Source: an uncultured virus (IMG/VR IMGVR_UViG_2811995017_000002) (taxonomy: Duplodnaviria > Heunggongvirae > Uroviricota > Caudoviricetes). Taken from it: 64,000 bases of DNA. Location of the stretch: IMG/VR virus record IMGVR_UViG_2811995017_000002, positions 1 to 64,000 of that record; one strand, written 5' to 3'. Shown one piece after another: positions 1-10,337 of this stretch (position 1 is its first letter; every line of letters begins with the position of its first letter). The notes beneath the pieces were generated by a model. The model saw nothing but the letters and a program-made list of their open reading frames with translations, had not been told where the DNA came from and made no database searches. The translations under genes were made by a program, and so were the position numbers.

Positions 1-960
1 ATGGCGCGGCGGTCAAATAAGTTAGTAACCGATCAAGCATCGGACAAGCCCGAAATTGAATTGACGGATTTTGAAACGGCTTTTAATTCGTTTATCCGCG
101 AATGTAAGCTGAAAAATTTATCGAAACACACCGTTAAGTATTATCGCGATGAATTACTCGCATTTCGTACGATGCTTGAACGGCAGGGAATTTCGACAAA
201 ACCCGGTGATATCACGCTGAAAATTATTAAGGAAAACGTTATAGTCTACATGATGGAAACGTTAAATCGAAAGGAAACTTCGATCAATACGCGACTGCGG
301 GCGATTCGGGCGTTCTTTAATTTCCTCGAAAAAGATCGTCAAATATACGAAAATCCAGTACGGGAACTTTCGCTCTTGAAGCAGAAGAAGGAAGTTGTAG
401 AAACGTTCTCACGCGACCAATTAAAGGACTTACTGAGACAGCCGGACTTAGGGACGTTTACTGGTTTTCGCGATTATACGATCATGCTCTTACTTATTGA
501 AACCGGTGTGCGGGTACGGGAGTTGACGGATATTTGCGTTAAGGATATTCGGTGGGAAGATTCGCAAATAAGGATCGATGGGAAGGGATATAAAGAGCGC
601 CTTGTACCGATACAAGCGACGATGAAATGCCAGTTAAGGAAGTATGTACAAATACGCGGAGACGTACCGAACGAGGCTTTGTTCGTTACGATAGATAATA
701 CTCCGTTGACAATTCGCCAGGTACAAAACCGTTTAAGAAAGTATGGACGAAAGGCAAATATTAAAAACGTTAGATGCTCGCCTCATACTTTCCGACACAC
801 CTTTGCGAAAATGTCCGTTCAAAATGGAGCCGATGTTTTTGCGCTTCAGGCAGTTTTAGGGCATACGAGCTTAGATATGGTTCGGAATTACGTTAATTTA
901 TTCAGCAGTGATGTCATGGATGCTCACAAGAAATTCAGCCCCGTAGAGAAATTGTTTTAA
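1..960 (+). CDS. int: Tyrosine recombinase/prophage integrase
   Basis: 319 aa; N-terminal SAM-like domain, TGVRVRE, HTFRHTFA, LGHT and catalytic Tyr (RNY). Confidence 0.93.
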   Translation: MARRSNKLVTDQASDKPEIELTDFETAFNSFIRECKLKNLSKHTVKYYRDELLAFRTMLERQGISTKPGDITLKIIKENVIVYMMETLNRKETSINTRLRAIRAFFNFLEKDRQIYENPVRELSLLKQKKEVVETFSRDQLKDLLRQPDLGTFTGFRDYTIMLLLIETGVRVRELTDICVKDIRWEDSQIRIDGKGYKERLVPIQATMKCQLRKYVQIRGDVPNEALFVTIDNTPLTIRQVQNRLRKYGRKANIKNVRCSPHTFRHTFAKMSVQNGADVFALQAVLGHTSLDMVRNYVNLFSSDVMDAHKKFSPVEKLF

Positions 961-991
961 CCTCGTCTTTTTAGGCGAGGTTATTTTTTTT
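959..991 (+). terminator. Rho-independent terminator after int
   Basis: AACCTCGTCT-TTTT-AGGCGAGGTT stem followed by a T-tract. Confidence 0.8.
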
Positions 992-1060
992 GTTTAAAAA
1001 GCCGTCCGATCCGAGAAGTTTATGTGCAACTTATAATGAACACATAATTTTTTTGAAATT

Positions 1061-1097
1061 GATGTCCCAATAATAAAGATTGACTACGTGTTTTATA
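1061..1097 (+). promoter_or_regulatory. Putative phage-specific promoter class A (GATGTCCCAA-N12-ACTACGTGTT), copy 1
   Basis: Same two 10-bp boxes with the same spacing recur at 12525-12556. Confidence 0.6.
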
Positions 1098-1178
1098 AGT
1101 GAAGGCAGAAGAAATTTCGAATTTATTGTGCGGTTTTGATAAGTCGCGGGTATTATTTCGTGAAGGAGGTCATGAAGA

Positions 1179-2033
1179 ATGGCAAACGAACTTGATAAGT
1201 TCCGATACGAACAGTTAGACGATAGCACAGCAGAATTTCTTCGCATCAAGGAGTCTAAAATGCGTGAGATCGTCGGGAAAGCATATACGGATTTAGGCCG
1301 GGAGTTAAAGGAAGCCCAAGAAAGGTTATCCAACCATAATAAATACAAAGGAGCGTTTGAAAAGTGGCTTCATCATATTGGTATGAATCGTGAACAGGCT
1401 AACCGATTGATCCGAAGATTCGATCTCGTCACAAATTGTGACAACATCCAAGCCAATATACTCGAAGACCTACCCGTCTCACTAACGTACGAAATCGCAC
1501 GCCCATCCGCAGAGTCAACCGAACCGAAACGCCAAGCTAAACAGGCGGTCCTAAATGGCGAAGTTAAAACGCTAAAGGAGTACCGGGAACTATTGGCGGA
1601 GAAAGAGGCGGCAGAGGCAGCGCTTAAGCAAGCGGAGCGGGAAGCGGATATATTGCGTGACAAACTCGAACGAGTCGAAGAAGCCGAACCGGAAATTCGG
1701 ACGGAATACGTCGAAGTTAAAACGCCCGATCCGGAACTGCTCGCTGAAAATGAACGATATAAAGAATTGTTCGGTGACATTTCGATGTATGAAGGGCGGA
1801 CAACTCGCGTGACTAACGGGGATGCGATCACGTATACCGTATACGAGTTTTCCGAGGACGTTAGGAAATTCGTTGAGAAATACGGACACCTAACGCACTT
1901 CGTTCGCGAATTTAACGAAATGATTGACGAAGGCAAAGAGGAGTATCGGAAGGCTATCCATGCGATGCAGACACTTATGAGTTCGATACAACGTGCTATG
2001 AATGAAAAAGAAGCAATTATTATAAATGGATAA
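1179..2033 (+). CDS. Phage protein, DUF3102-like with coiled coil
   Basis: 284 aa, AAGGAGG SD; LGRELKEAQERL...FEKWL pattern. Confidence 0.65.
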   Translation: MANELDKFRYEQLDDSTAEFLRIKESKMREIVGKAYTDLGRELKEAQERLSNHNKYKGAFEKWLHHIGMNREQANRLIRRFDLVTNCDNIQANILEDLPVSLTYEIARPSAESTEPKRQAKQAVLNGEVKTLKEYRELLAEKEAAEAALKQAEREADILRDKLERVEEAEPEIRTEYVEVKTPDPELLAENERYKELFGDISMYEGRTTRVTNGDAITYTVYEFSEDVRKFVEKYGHLTHFVREFNEMIDEGKEEYRKAIHAMQTLMSSIQRAMNEKEAIIING

Positions 2034-2046
2034 AGGAGCGATTTAA

Positions 2047-2538
2047 ATGTTAACAATCAAAAACGTAAAAGACGGTGGAGTAGCTTATATTTTCGGAGCT
2101 GAATACGCAGGAGTTGCGAAGGCGATGTTTCCTCGATTCGCGGAAAAATTGTTAGGCGGTGAAGAAAGTGCGGCATTACCGGAGCCTAAGAAACAACGCA
2201 CGCTGGCCGATGTCAAGAACGCCGTAGATAAAACGCAGTCTGATACTCGTCTGCGCCGTTCGTCGAAATTGACAGGGAAGGCTCTTCATCGAGAGATTTC
2301 ACAAGTAATGTTTCGCGCAGAGACTTTATTCGGTCTTAGTAGAAGGAAAGTATGGGGTGAGCTGTACGAAAAGCTTCGTCAAGAAACAGGCGTAGATCCT
2401 AAAAACGTCAAAAGAAGCACAACGAAAGGGATACAGGGAGGTCCTTCAAAATTAAGCACATATTTAAAAGACGGTTACGGTCAGCGCTTAGTAGAAATCG
2501 CCTATGAAATCTACGACAGATATGAGGCGAGATCATGA
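2047..2538 (+). CDS. Hypothetical phage protein
   Basis: 163 aa ORF with AAGGAG SD. Confidence 0.6.
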   Translation: MLTIKNVKDGGVAYIFGAEYAGVAKAMFPRFAEKLLGGEESAALPEPKKQRTLADVKNAVDKTQSDTRLRRSSKLTGKALHREISQVMFRAETLFGLSRRKVWGELYEKLRQETGVDPKNVKRSTTKGIQGGPSKLSTYLKDGYGQRLVEIAYEIYDRYEARS

Positions 2539-2969
2539 CAAACGAACATCAACGACTCGTCTCAGTCGAATCGCAGTCCGAATATAATCTAACGTCCGGC
2601 AAGTCCGAAACACGCATCTTCGTTAAAATGTACGTCGATGCTGTTAAGAAAGGACTAATCGCGGACATCGGAGCCGATCGTTGGCAGACGTTATGCGTCC
2701 TCTCGTCGTTCATGAACGAAAAGGGCGAATGTTACCCGACGCAGGATCAGATCGCTAAGGCGCTGAATGTACGGAGAGAGGCCGCAAACAAACGTATTAA
2801 GGCTCTTTGTGATTATCGTTGGCAAGGGCGTCCGCTAGTCGTAAAGCAGAAGACGAGAGACCCGAAAACGCAGCGATGGGAAAACACGCGATACACGATC
2901 ATGCCGATCAGCCAGCTTGCGATTTTTGACGGGGACACGGAGGAGTTGCCGGAGCCACGTGACGAGTAA
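2535..2969 (+). CDS. HTH replication initiator-like protein
   Basis: ECYPTQDQIAKALNV...ENTRY motif typical of phage replisome-organiser HTH domains. Confidence 0.7.
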   Translation: MTNEHQRLVSVESQSEYNLTSGKSETRIFVKMYVDAVKKGLIADIGADRWQTLCVLSSFMNEKGECYPTQDQIAKALNVRREAANKRIKALCDYRWQGRPLVVKQKTRDPKTQRWENTRYTIMPISQLAIFDGDTEELPEPRDE

Positions 2970-3183
2970 CCACACACGGCTGAGCCATATATGGCTAGAC
3001 AACACACTAACAAGAACCATCTTTTAACTAGAGCCATTAAGAACTAGATAAATAATAGCGCTCATATACATTCGCGCGGATATTATTAATAAAAGATATA
3101 TCGCGATAAAGGAACATCTGCAAGAGAGAGCGTATGCGAACGATTGCTAGGTCTTATTAATAAACGGAAGGGATTGCGGAAGT

Positions 3184-3531
3184 ATGAATGATAAGACGAT
3201 TCTAAAAGGTATGATCGAAATTTACCAAAACGAATTTATGTGTGGATACGACGGACCTGATAAGGATGAGCTGCGTATTATTTTCTTAGAACTAATCGTA
3301 CACGCTACGCAATATATTAACGACTTTAGGTACTGTAGTGACCCGAAATGCCCGTGCAGTCCGGAGTTTGGTATCGGAAAGCTAATGCGGGATCACGGGC
3401 AGAAAATAAACTCGGTGCTGTTCGGCGGTGCGTTCGGACTGAGTGAAGTTCCGATGCGACCTATTCGCGACTTTCTCAATCAATTTAATAACGAAGGAGA
3501 TGACGAAGTTGACGGAAGCACAAACGAATGA
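3184..3531 (+). CDS. Hypothetical phage protein
   Basis: 115 aa ORF in operon. Confidence 0.55.
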   Translation: MNDKTILKGMIEIYQNEFMCGYDGPDKDELRIIFLELIVHATQYINDFRYCSDPKCPCSPEFGIGKLMRDHGQKINSVLFGGAFGLSEVPMRPIRDFLNQFNNEGDDEVDGSTNE

Positions 3532-3697
3532 ATTAAAGTCGTCCATCGAATTTTTACTCGACAATATGGAGCTAGTCGCCCGCCAAGTCGAACTGAACGC
3601 GGTGCTGATGCGAAAAGGAAAAGACGCACTTATCCGCGCAGGATTCACCGAAGACCAGGCGCTTGAAATTATCAAAGCGAGAGGAGCGATGTTGTAA
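3509..3697 (+). CDS. Hypothetical phage protein
   Basis: TTG start after GAAGGAG; coupled to next gene. Confidence 0.55.
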   Translation: MTEAQTNELKSSIEFLLDNMELVARQVELNAVLMRKGKDALIRAGFTEDQALEIIKARGAML

Positions 3698-4026
3698 TGC
3701 CGATTGAAATCCCGATTTCCCCCGATTACAAACTCTCGTCAGACGAACGCAATATCATCGTAAATGAACGCTATTTCACCGATCCAACGAAAGCGCCGAA
3801 CTGGCCGAAGCGGTTCGCCGACAATCCCGATCTTGATCCGTCACCAATCGCACGTTGGCGAGAGATCGCGTACTTCTCATCGGTTGATCGCGCCATCATG
3901 TTCGTCATGGATCGGCGGGTTAAATTATCGGACGCCAAGACGCTGGAAGACCTCGCACGAATTATACGGGAATTTCGCGGGGAATTAGCGGCTTTGCTGA
4001 CGGTCGAGGGTAATCGTAAGGGTTGA
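3697..4026 (+). CDS. Hypothetical phage protein
   Basis: 109 aa, TAATG coupling, GAGGAG SD. Confidence 0.6.
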   Translation: MPIEIPISPDYKLSSDERNIIVNERYFTDPTKAPNWPKRFADNPDLDPSPIARWREIAYFSSVDRAIMFVMDRRVKLSDAKTLEDLARIIREFRGELAALLTVEGNRKG

Positions 4027-4064
4027 CGTTATGAGGCGAAAATACACGGAATGGAGGCGTTAAA

Positions 4065-4400
4065 ATGATCGTTCCAAAATTCGATATAGACCACATTATC
4101 AAGGTCGCTAAGGAACTCGGCATTGAGGTGCGGGAAGTTGCTCCGGGAGAGGGCGGCGTGTTTATCCAGGAGAAGGACGGATCAGAGCGTGAGTTGACGA
4201 CGTTCGATCTGTTTCCGGAAACTAAAGAAATCGCAGACCTGCGTTGTGCCGTTGCCGGGTTGATTGCGGAAAACGAGCGGCTGAAGAAGGCGCTGAAATT
4301 AATCCAATCGAAGTCGGAGCTTCCCGAAGAACCAGTCGATTTAGTTCCGATTACTGAGCTATACGAAATAAATTTACACGCAAAGGAGGCGCTAAGATGA
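4065..4400 (+). CDS. Hypothetical phage protein
   Basis: 111 aa, GGAGG SD. Confidence 0.6.
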   Translation: MIVPKFDIDHIIKVAKELGIEVREVAPGEGGVFIQEKDGSERELTTFDLFPETKEIADLRCAVAGLIAENERLKKALKLIQSKSELPEEPVDLVPITELYEINLHAKEALR

Positions 4401-4516
4401 CAAGACGTGATGAAATCATCGAGGATATTCAGCATTTACATGTCGAGATTGACGGGTTGTTAGAAGAGATTCGCGAATTAGAAGAAGAACTCGAAGCGTT
4501 AGAGGAGGACGAATAG
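4397..4516 (+). CDS. Small acidic coiled-coil protein (39 aa)
   Basis: AAGGAGG SD, ATGA overlap; MTRRDEIIEDIQ... Confidence 0.55.
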   Translation: MTRRDEIIEDIQHLHVEIDGLLEEIRELEEELEALEEDE

Positions 4517-4903
4517 ATGAGCGAAATTAAAAAGCCGGTAATTACGAAGGAGCAGGCGGAAGCGTTAGAGGCGTTTTTAGAGGTGGGGACAAAAGAAGAA
4601 CTGCTGACTGCTAAAGTACACTGTTGTCATTTCGGAGATGAATATTCCGGAATTAATACTATCGATATCATGACGCTCGCATCCGCATTAATCAACGGAT
4701 ATGAAGTCGAAAAGACGCCGGAGGAGAAGGTGCGGGAATATTACGAGAAACTCTGCGATGGGTACGATCGCGCACAGTTCCATGAGGACAAAGGCAAGTA
4801 CTTGCTCATGAAGCGATCAGTCCGTAGAACGTTGGATGCTCTCGGAGTCCAAATAGCCGGGATCAATGACGAAGAAGGTGACGAAAATGCCAACGACAGA
4901 TAA
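4517..4903 (+). CDS. Hypothetical phage protein (DUF1642-like)
   Basis: KPVITKEQAE...ALINGYEVE pattern. Confidence 0.55.
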   Translation: MSEIKKPVITKEQAEALEAFLEVGTKEELLTAKVHCCHFGDEYSGINTIDIMTLASALINGYEVEKTPEEKVREYYEKLCDGYDRAQFHEDKGKYLLMKRSVRRTLDALGVQIAGINDEEGDENANDR

Positions 4904-5261
4904 ACCGGTATCCAAATGGAATGTACGCGACTTCCAGGCGTATTTAAAAGCGGAGCATGAGCGGCTGTTCGGCGTACCTTACGTTCCGATGCGCGGATGG
5001 CAGGCCGAAGCGGGAATGCTCGGGCGCTGGGTCGGAACGAAACGGAAGCCAGGCGAATACGGGCCGGAAGTAACGAAGCGATTCATCGATCTATGCTTTG
5101 CGCAATATAGGCCGACGGCAGATTGGCCGGGCGTCAGCTTCGGATTTATGCAGAAGTGGATGGGACGAAATTTGCAGCGGGCAGTGGCGGAAATCAGGGC
5201 CGAAGCAGCGGCGCAACAAAGGCGGGAGCAGCAAGCGGAAATCGGCGACGACTTTTATTAA
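4887..5261 (+). CDS. Hypothetical phage protein
   Basis: ORF with AAGGTG SD. Confidence 0.6.
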   Translation: MPTTDKPVSKWNVRDFQAYLKAEHERLFGVPYVPMRGWQAEAGMLGRWVGTKRKPGEYGPEVTKRFIDLCFAQYRPTADWPGVSFGFMQKWMGRNLQRAVAEIRAEAAAQQRREQQAEIGDDFY

Positions 5262-5277
5262 ACGGAGGGATTGCGAG

Positions 5278-6324
5278 ATGACTAAAACGAAAAAGTATGT
5301 GCGGATTTTGAAGGCGAGATATGAGTCGAGTTGGTATGCGGATAAGATCGGGGAGGTGTTCGAATTGACTGGAGAGACAGTCTCGTTCTACGACGTTAGG
5401 GTTCCGGGAGTTGGCCGTCTTGTTAATGTCGAAGACGCCGAGCTTATCGTCACAGAAAAGCGTCCGGCCAAAGTTGGCGAGCGAATTCTGATTGTTGATG
5501 ATGAATTGGGTACGTATAACAACGGACAAATTCACAAGGTTCATAAATGCGTAAGTGCGTCGAGCGATAATAACGAACACATTGTAACTGACGCAGGGTT
5601 TGTATTCTGGACTTCAGAATACGAAGTCATCGTAAATAACGAAGTTAAAAACGAGGAGGCTGACGAAATGATTAAAAGCGGATTGGATTTACGATCTAAA
5701 AGCGCAGAGGAAATTCAGGAGTTCATTACGGAAGCTCTATCGGCATTGAGACAGCGCGCGCGATACGAAGGTCGAGTTCAAGGAAAAGCGGACGGTTATT
5801 TGGAGGCGATGACTAAAAGATCACAGAAATCCGAAGAAAAGACCGCACAAGAACGACGTGATGAAATCGTTGAGCAGGCGAGGGCGGATATCGCAAATCT
5901 TAATTACCGGACATTCGGAGAATTACGATATTCATACCGAAGCATTGTCTGTAACGTAGAGTTCGTTATTAATAAAAAGAAACGTACCGTTGTCGCTCTC
6001 CTTAAATCGGTAGGAAGGGGCACAGTAGAGTCGAAAGGAATCGCCAAGGCCGCACCGGACGATTGCTTCAACGTCCATATCGGAGAAGCCATCGCTCTTC
6101 ATCGTGCACTTGGACTCGAAGTACCTGACGAATATCTTAACGCACCGCAGCCGACGGAAGTTCGTGTAGGAGACATTGTGAAGCTAATTCATAATGGCGA
6201 AGTGATCGATGAATACCGCGTGTCTAAGATAGAAGACGACCGGGTGTACGATCATGACAACACTTGGGCACCTAAACGTACATTAAAAATCATCGACGAC
6301 AGCCGGACGGAGGTGGACGGTTAA
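5278..6324 (+). CDS. Modular phage protein with SH3/KOW-like repeats
   Basis: GGAGG SD before ATG 5278; KVGERI/RVGDIV motifs. Confidence 0.6.
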   Translation: MTKTKKYVRILKARYESSWYADKIGEVFELTGETVSFYDVRVPGVGRLVNVEDAELIVTEKRPAKVGERILIVDDELGTYNNGQIHKVHKCVSASSDNNEHIVTDAGFVFWTSEYEVIVNNEVKNEEADEMIKSGLDLRSKSAEEIQEFITEALSALRQRARYEGRVQGKADGYLEAMTKRSQKSEEKTAQERRDEIVEQARADIANLNYRTFGELRYSYRSIVCNVEFVINKKKRTVVALLKSVGRGTVESKGIAKAAPDDCFNVHIGEAIALHRALGLEVPDEYLNAPQPTEVRVGDIVKLIHNGEVIDEYRVSKIEDDRVYDHDNTWAPKRTLKIIDDSRTEVDG

Positions 6325-6461
6325 TGGAAGTACATGTGAAACTGAATGAACACGAGATTATGCAGGCGTGTATCGAATATTTAGATAAACGAGGTTACGT
6401 TCTTAAAACATTTAGTCTGCGAGGTAATCACGTAACAGGCGATGTTGAACGTAAGAAATAA
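6324..6461 (+). CDS. Small hypothetical protein (45 aa)
   Basis: GGAGGT SD, TAATG coupling. Confidence 0.5.
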   Translation: MEVHVKLNEHEIMQACIEYLDKRGYVLKTFSLRGNHVTGDVERKK

Positions 6462-6479
6462 CGAAAGGAGTGAGCGCCA

Positions 6480-7307
6480 TTGACTAACGAAAGAAACTGC
6501 GTCCTGGCTAACGGATGCAAAGCGGCCGGCACGTCCGCCTGTACTCGCCAATGCCCGCACTTCATCGCACTACATGGCGCATCGGGCAACGGCGGCCGGT
6601 CTGCGGCGGCAGGATTACCGCGAGAATATCGTCTGACAACGCTCGCCAATTCGCCAGCAAGAGCGGATCAGCCTGCGGTATATAAATCGGTTGAAAACTA
6701 CGCCAAGACGTTCGAGCGCCAGTTTGAGCAGACGGAAGGTTATATCGAACCGGCTGACCGCATCAAGTCGTTGTATCTCTACAGCGCGAACTCCGGCACC
6801 GGCAAGACGACGACAGCGGCGGCGCTCCTTAACGAATGGCTGCGCGTCCATTACAGCGGATCGTTAAAACGCGGACAGCAGCCGTTGCAGCGACCGGCCT
6901 ATTTCCTCGATGTGAACGAATGGCAGAACGACTATAACGAATTCAACCGGCCACGCGTTCCGGACTCAGTCGCAGAGCCAGCGGCCGCCCGTTACTATCG
7001 CGCGTTAGAAGCGGCTAAAACGGCGCCCTTTGCGGTGCTAGACGATATAGGCGTTCGGAGCCCATCAGACGGATTTCGCGGCGATCTGCACGGAATAATT
7101 AACGCGAGAGTTACGAACCAATTACCGACAATATATACGAGCAATATTCCGTTGAAATCCGACGTCGAACCGAGAAAACGTGTACCCGCGAATAAGCCGT
7201 ACGATATAGCCGACGTATTCGGTGAAGGAAGACTAGCGGATCGGGTCCGTGACCTATGTCGCGTGATTGAATTCGAAGGCGAATCGAAAAGGGGGCTGCG
7301 GAGATGA
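6480..7307 (+). CDS. DnaC/IstB-like AAA+ helicase loader
   Basis: N-terminal Cys cluster, Walker A GTGKTT, Walker B VLDDIG, PTIYTSN, RLADR. Confidence 0.85.
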   Translation: MTNERNCVLANGCKAAGTSACTRQCPHFIALHGASGNGGRSAAAGLPREYRLTTLANSPARADQPAVYKSVENYAKTFERQFEQTEGYIEPADRIKSLYLYSANSGTGKTTTAAALLNEWLRVHYSGSLKRGQQPLQRPAYFLDVNEWQNDYNEFNRPRVPDSVAEPAAARYYRALEAAKTAPFAVLDDIGVRSPSDGFRGDLHGIINARVTNQLPTIYTSNIPLKSDVEPRKRVPANKPYDIADVFGEGRLADRVRDLCRVIEFEGESKRGLRR

Positions 7308-7789
7308 AAGCCGACATCACTTTCGGAGACCTAGTCGCAGTAGACGGATACCCGGACCGCATTTTCTACGTTGATGCGCGGCGTAAAGTCGAAGAGGAGG
7401 ACGATACCGGCGTCTCCAATTACGTCGAGTTCGATCTGACGGACGCAATCAATGGCGAATGGCTTGTCGCTGATTCGGATGACTTGAGGTTGGTCTGCCG
7501 CAAACAGTACGCCGAACGATTCCTTGACGATTTTGATTACGAAAATTATCCGGAGCCGGAGGGAACGGCGTTTCATGGGAAGGAATTTCTTTCGGAATTG
7601 GCGACAGTGATTAGCGAAGGACTAGAAAAGGCGGGGAGTGAAATGGCGAAAGACAAGACGAAGAAAATCGATGAGCTACTCGACGAGTTAAACGATTACA
7701 AGCGTCTGGAAGCGATGTACGGCGACGAGGAATACAAGGCGAAGCAGGACGAAGCAATGGCGAAATTAAAGCGGGAGGTCGAGCGATAA
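7304..7789 (+). CDS. Hypothetical phage protein (C-terminal IDEAL-like segment)
   Basis: 161 aa; KIDELLDELND. Confidence 0.55.
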   Translation: MKADITFGDLVAVDGYPDRIFYVDARRKVEEEDDTGVSNYVEFDLTDAINGEWLVADSDDLRLVCRKQYAERFLDDFDYENYPEPEGTAFHGKEFLSELATVISEGLEKAGSEMAKDKTKKIDELLDELNDYKRLEAMYGDEEYKAKQDEAMAKLKREVER

Positions 7790-8175
7790 TGAGAGAGATT
7801 AAATTCCGGGCGTGGAACAAAGAAAAGGAAATCATGGTTTACCAGAATGAGGACGACAGCGAAGAATATTGGGATGGTGTTCTCTCATCCGATGTAGAAA
7901 TGGTCAATTCGACATTTAGATATGGGCCTTCATCCGAATATATCTGGATGCAGTACACCGGATTGAAGAACGAAACTGGCCGGGAGATTTGGGAGGGAGA
8001 CATTCGAAAAGACTCTCTCGGTAGAATTTTCAAGGTTGTTTTTTACGACGATCTAGCCGCATTTTATGGGGAATATCCCGGTGGGTTAATCCAGTCTCTT
8101 GCCGATTGCGGGCCAGATTCGGAATATCTCGGAACAGTCTATGAAAATCCTGATCTATTGGAGGCGGCGGAATAA
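7789..8175 (+). CDS. YopX family protein
   Basis: MREIKFRAW...MQYTGLK..GREIWEGDI...G.VYENPDLL. Confidence 0.88.
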   Translation: MREIKFRAWNKEKEIMVYQNEDDSEEYWDGVLSSDVEMVNSTFRYGPSSEYIWMQYTGLKNETGREIWEGDIRKDSLGRIFKVVFYDDLAAFYGEYPGGLIQSLADCGPDSEYLGTVYENPDLLEAAE

Positions 8176-8378
8176 TGTACCGGCTACTCTATCCGTTAAA
8201 GTGGACGTTTGCGGCGCTTGAATGGTCGTTTGATCGAATCGTTACAGTTGCGGAATTTTTAGCGGATATGTTCGGTAAGGCTTCCGACAACTTCCACATT
8301 AGAATCGAAGTCGCGGAGCAGGCGAAAAGAGGCGTCCGAGTGATTTACGTTAAGAGAGTGAGGAGGGATCGCGGATGA
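8175..8378 (+). CDS. Hypothetical phage protein
   Basis: 67 aa, coupled to both neighbours. Confidence 0.5.
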   Translation: MYRLLYPLKWTFAALEWSFDRIVTVAEFLADMFGKASDNFHIRIEVAEQAKRGVRVIYVKRVRRDRG

Positions 8379-9717
8379 ACTACGGTGTTTTAATGCTATC
8401 GAAAGTAATCGAACAGAACGATCCGAACGCGTTGTTGCGCTTTAATATTACCGCCGAGGATCTGCCGACGGAAGGCGAACGCAAGGCACTACGATATATC
8501 ACGGAATACGCGGAGAAACACGGAGGTCAGGCGCCGACTGCCGAGATGCTTGCGCATGAGGTGCCGGACTTCGAGCCGGATTTTAATATCGAGGCCAGCT
8601 ACGAGTACCTTGCGGAGAAACTACGGAAACAGGCTGCGTTGCGAGAGTTCGTTGATATCGCGGAAAAGGAGCTTCCGGACCGGTTTAGCCAAGCGCAAGA
8701 TAATCCGGAAGAATTATTTTCGTGGTTGACGGAAAAAGTCGAAAGTCTTAAAATAAGAACAAACGTTCGTAGTTCTATCGGTCGGACGTTGAGTGAAATT
8801 AAAGAATCGTTTAGAGACGAGTATAAAAAGCGTGAAGAAGGCAAGTCATTCCGGATTTATAAGACGCCTTTTCCTACTCTTGATAATGAGATATCGGGGT
8901 GGTTTACAGGTGATATTTATGGAATCATGGGTGAGTCAGGGCGCGGTAAAACATACCTAGTCTGTCGAATTCTTGATTCATTACTGCGCCAAGGTGCAAA
9001 CTGTCTCGTTAAATCATTCGAAGTTAAGGAATACACGTTTATTTCCCGTCTTATTTCAATTGCAACAGCTGTCGACGAGGTATTGATAGACGAGCTCGGC
9101 CGGAAGGTAGGTATACCAAACAAAGCTATTTTATCGGGAAAACTGGATGATGTTGTTCGGGAAAAGTTCTTCGAAGTCTTAGAGTTACTCGATTCGTACT
9201 ACCCCGGAACACTTTATTTCCAAGGGAAAAGCGGAAGAGAGTTGACACGGTCATTAGCGGATCTTGAGCGGGAGCTAAGTACAGGAAAAATTGACGCCGT
9301 TTTTCTTGATCCATTCTATGGACTTTCAGATGTTTACGGAAAGAACGTAAATAAAACAGCAGGGGGCGCAGCCGAGTACGCTGCAACACGTTTCGAAAAT
9401 ATAGTGGTGATTATGACGTAGTTGGATTTTACACCGTTCAGGCGACCGTAGATAAAAAAGAGGTTAGCGAAGACGGCGTGAGGGAGCTACGAATTCCTAC
9501 TCGCGAAAAGGTAAAAACCACCTCTCGCCTGTTAGATATCGCGACGAATTTGATCGGATTTGATTCGGTATCTAAAGAGGGAATAGCCGGAATTGGAATC
9601 GAGAAAGGCCGGAATGGTGGCGAAGATTTCATGCTCGAGCTCGTTGCGCTATTCGACTACGGTGTTTTGCGAGAATTTCCGAAAGGCGAATCTGCCGCAG
9701 AGCAGTTCGAGTTTTAG
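8375..9717 (+). pseudogene. DnaB-like replicative helicase, frameshifted near 9404-9407
   Basis: Walker A GESGRGKT and FLDPFY; helicase-like sequence resumes in the -1 frame (GDYDVVGFYTVQA...KGRNGG) to 9717. Confidence 0.8.
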
Positions 9718-9729
9718 GGGGGTGTCTTC

Positions 9730-10224
9730 TTGAAAAAGATACCTCTTAGTAATAATAAGGTCGCTATAGTTGATGATAGTGATTATGAGTTGGTGAATCA
9801 GTACAAATGGCATTATAACCAAAATGGATACGCTGTTAGGAACCAACGGGTCGGAGTAAATAAGTACACAGCTGTTTATATGCATCGGTTCATTTGTGGC
9901 CTTGTACCTGGAGATGGGAAGATCGTGGATCATAAAAATGGAAACGGTCTAGATAACCGAAGAGGGAATTTAAGGGTGTGTACTAAGACTCAAAACCAAC
10001 AAAATCAGAAGCCAAGACACACTAGAGTAAGCAAATACAAAGGTGTCGGGTTCTATAAAAGAGACCAAAAATGGAGAGCTAGGATTGTTGTTGATAAAAC
10101 AGATATAGAACTCGGGAAGTTTGATACTGAAATTGAAGCGGCGAAAGCATACAATGAGGCAGCAAAAAAGTATCACGGAGAGTTTGCCTGGGTAAATAAA
10201 ATTGAAATGGATGATGTTGGATAA
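9730..10224 (+). CDS. HNH-AP2 homing endonuclease
   Basis: MHR...VDHKNGNGLDNRRGNLR HNH motif; SKYKGV...KWRARI...EAAKAYN AP2 domain. Confidence 0.9.
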   Translation: MKKIPLSNNKVAIVDDSDYELVNQYKWHYNQNGYAVRNQRVGVNKYTAVYMHRFICGLVPGDGKIVDHKNGNGLDNRRGNLRVCTKTQNQQNQKPRHTRVSKYKGVGFYKRDQKWRARIVVDKTDIELGKFDTEIEAAKAYNEAAKKYHGEFAWVNKIEMDDVG

Positions 10225-10337
10225 CATTGTCAACATTTACCGCGGTTCTTTCGACAAAATACGATGGAATTTTTCAAAACCAGGGCGTAATATATAGAAC
10301 AATCCGGCCTAATTAGGACGAAAGGAGTGATACGAAA

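Noticed and set aside
9395..9425. Programmed frameshift in the helicase
   Set aside because: No slippery sequence or stimulatory structure seen; treated as a mutation or sequencing error.
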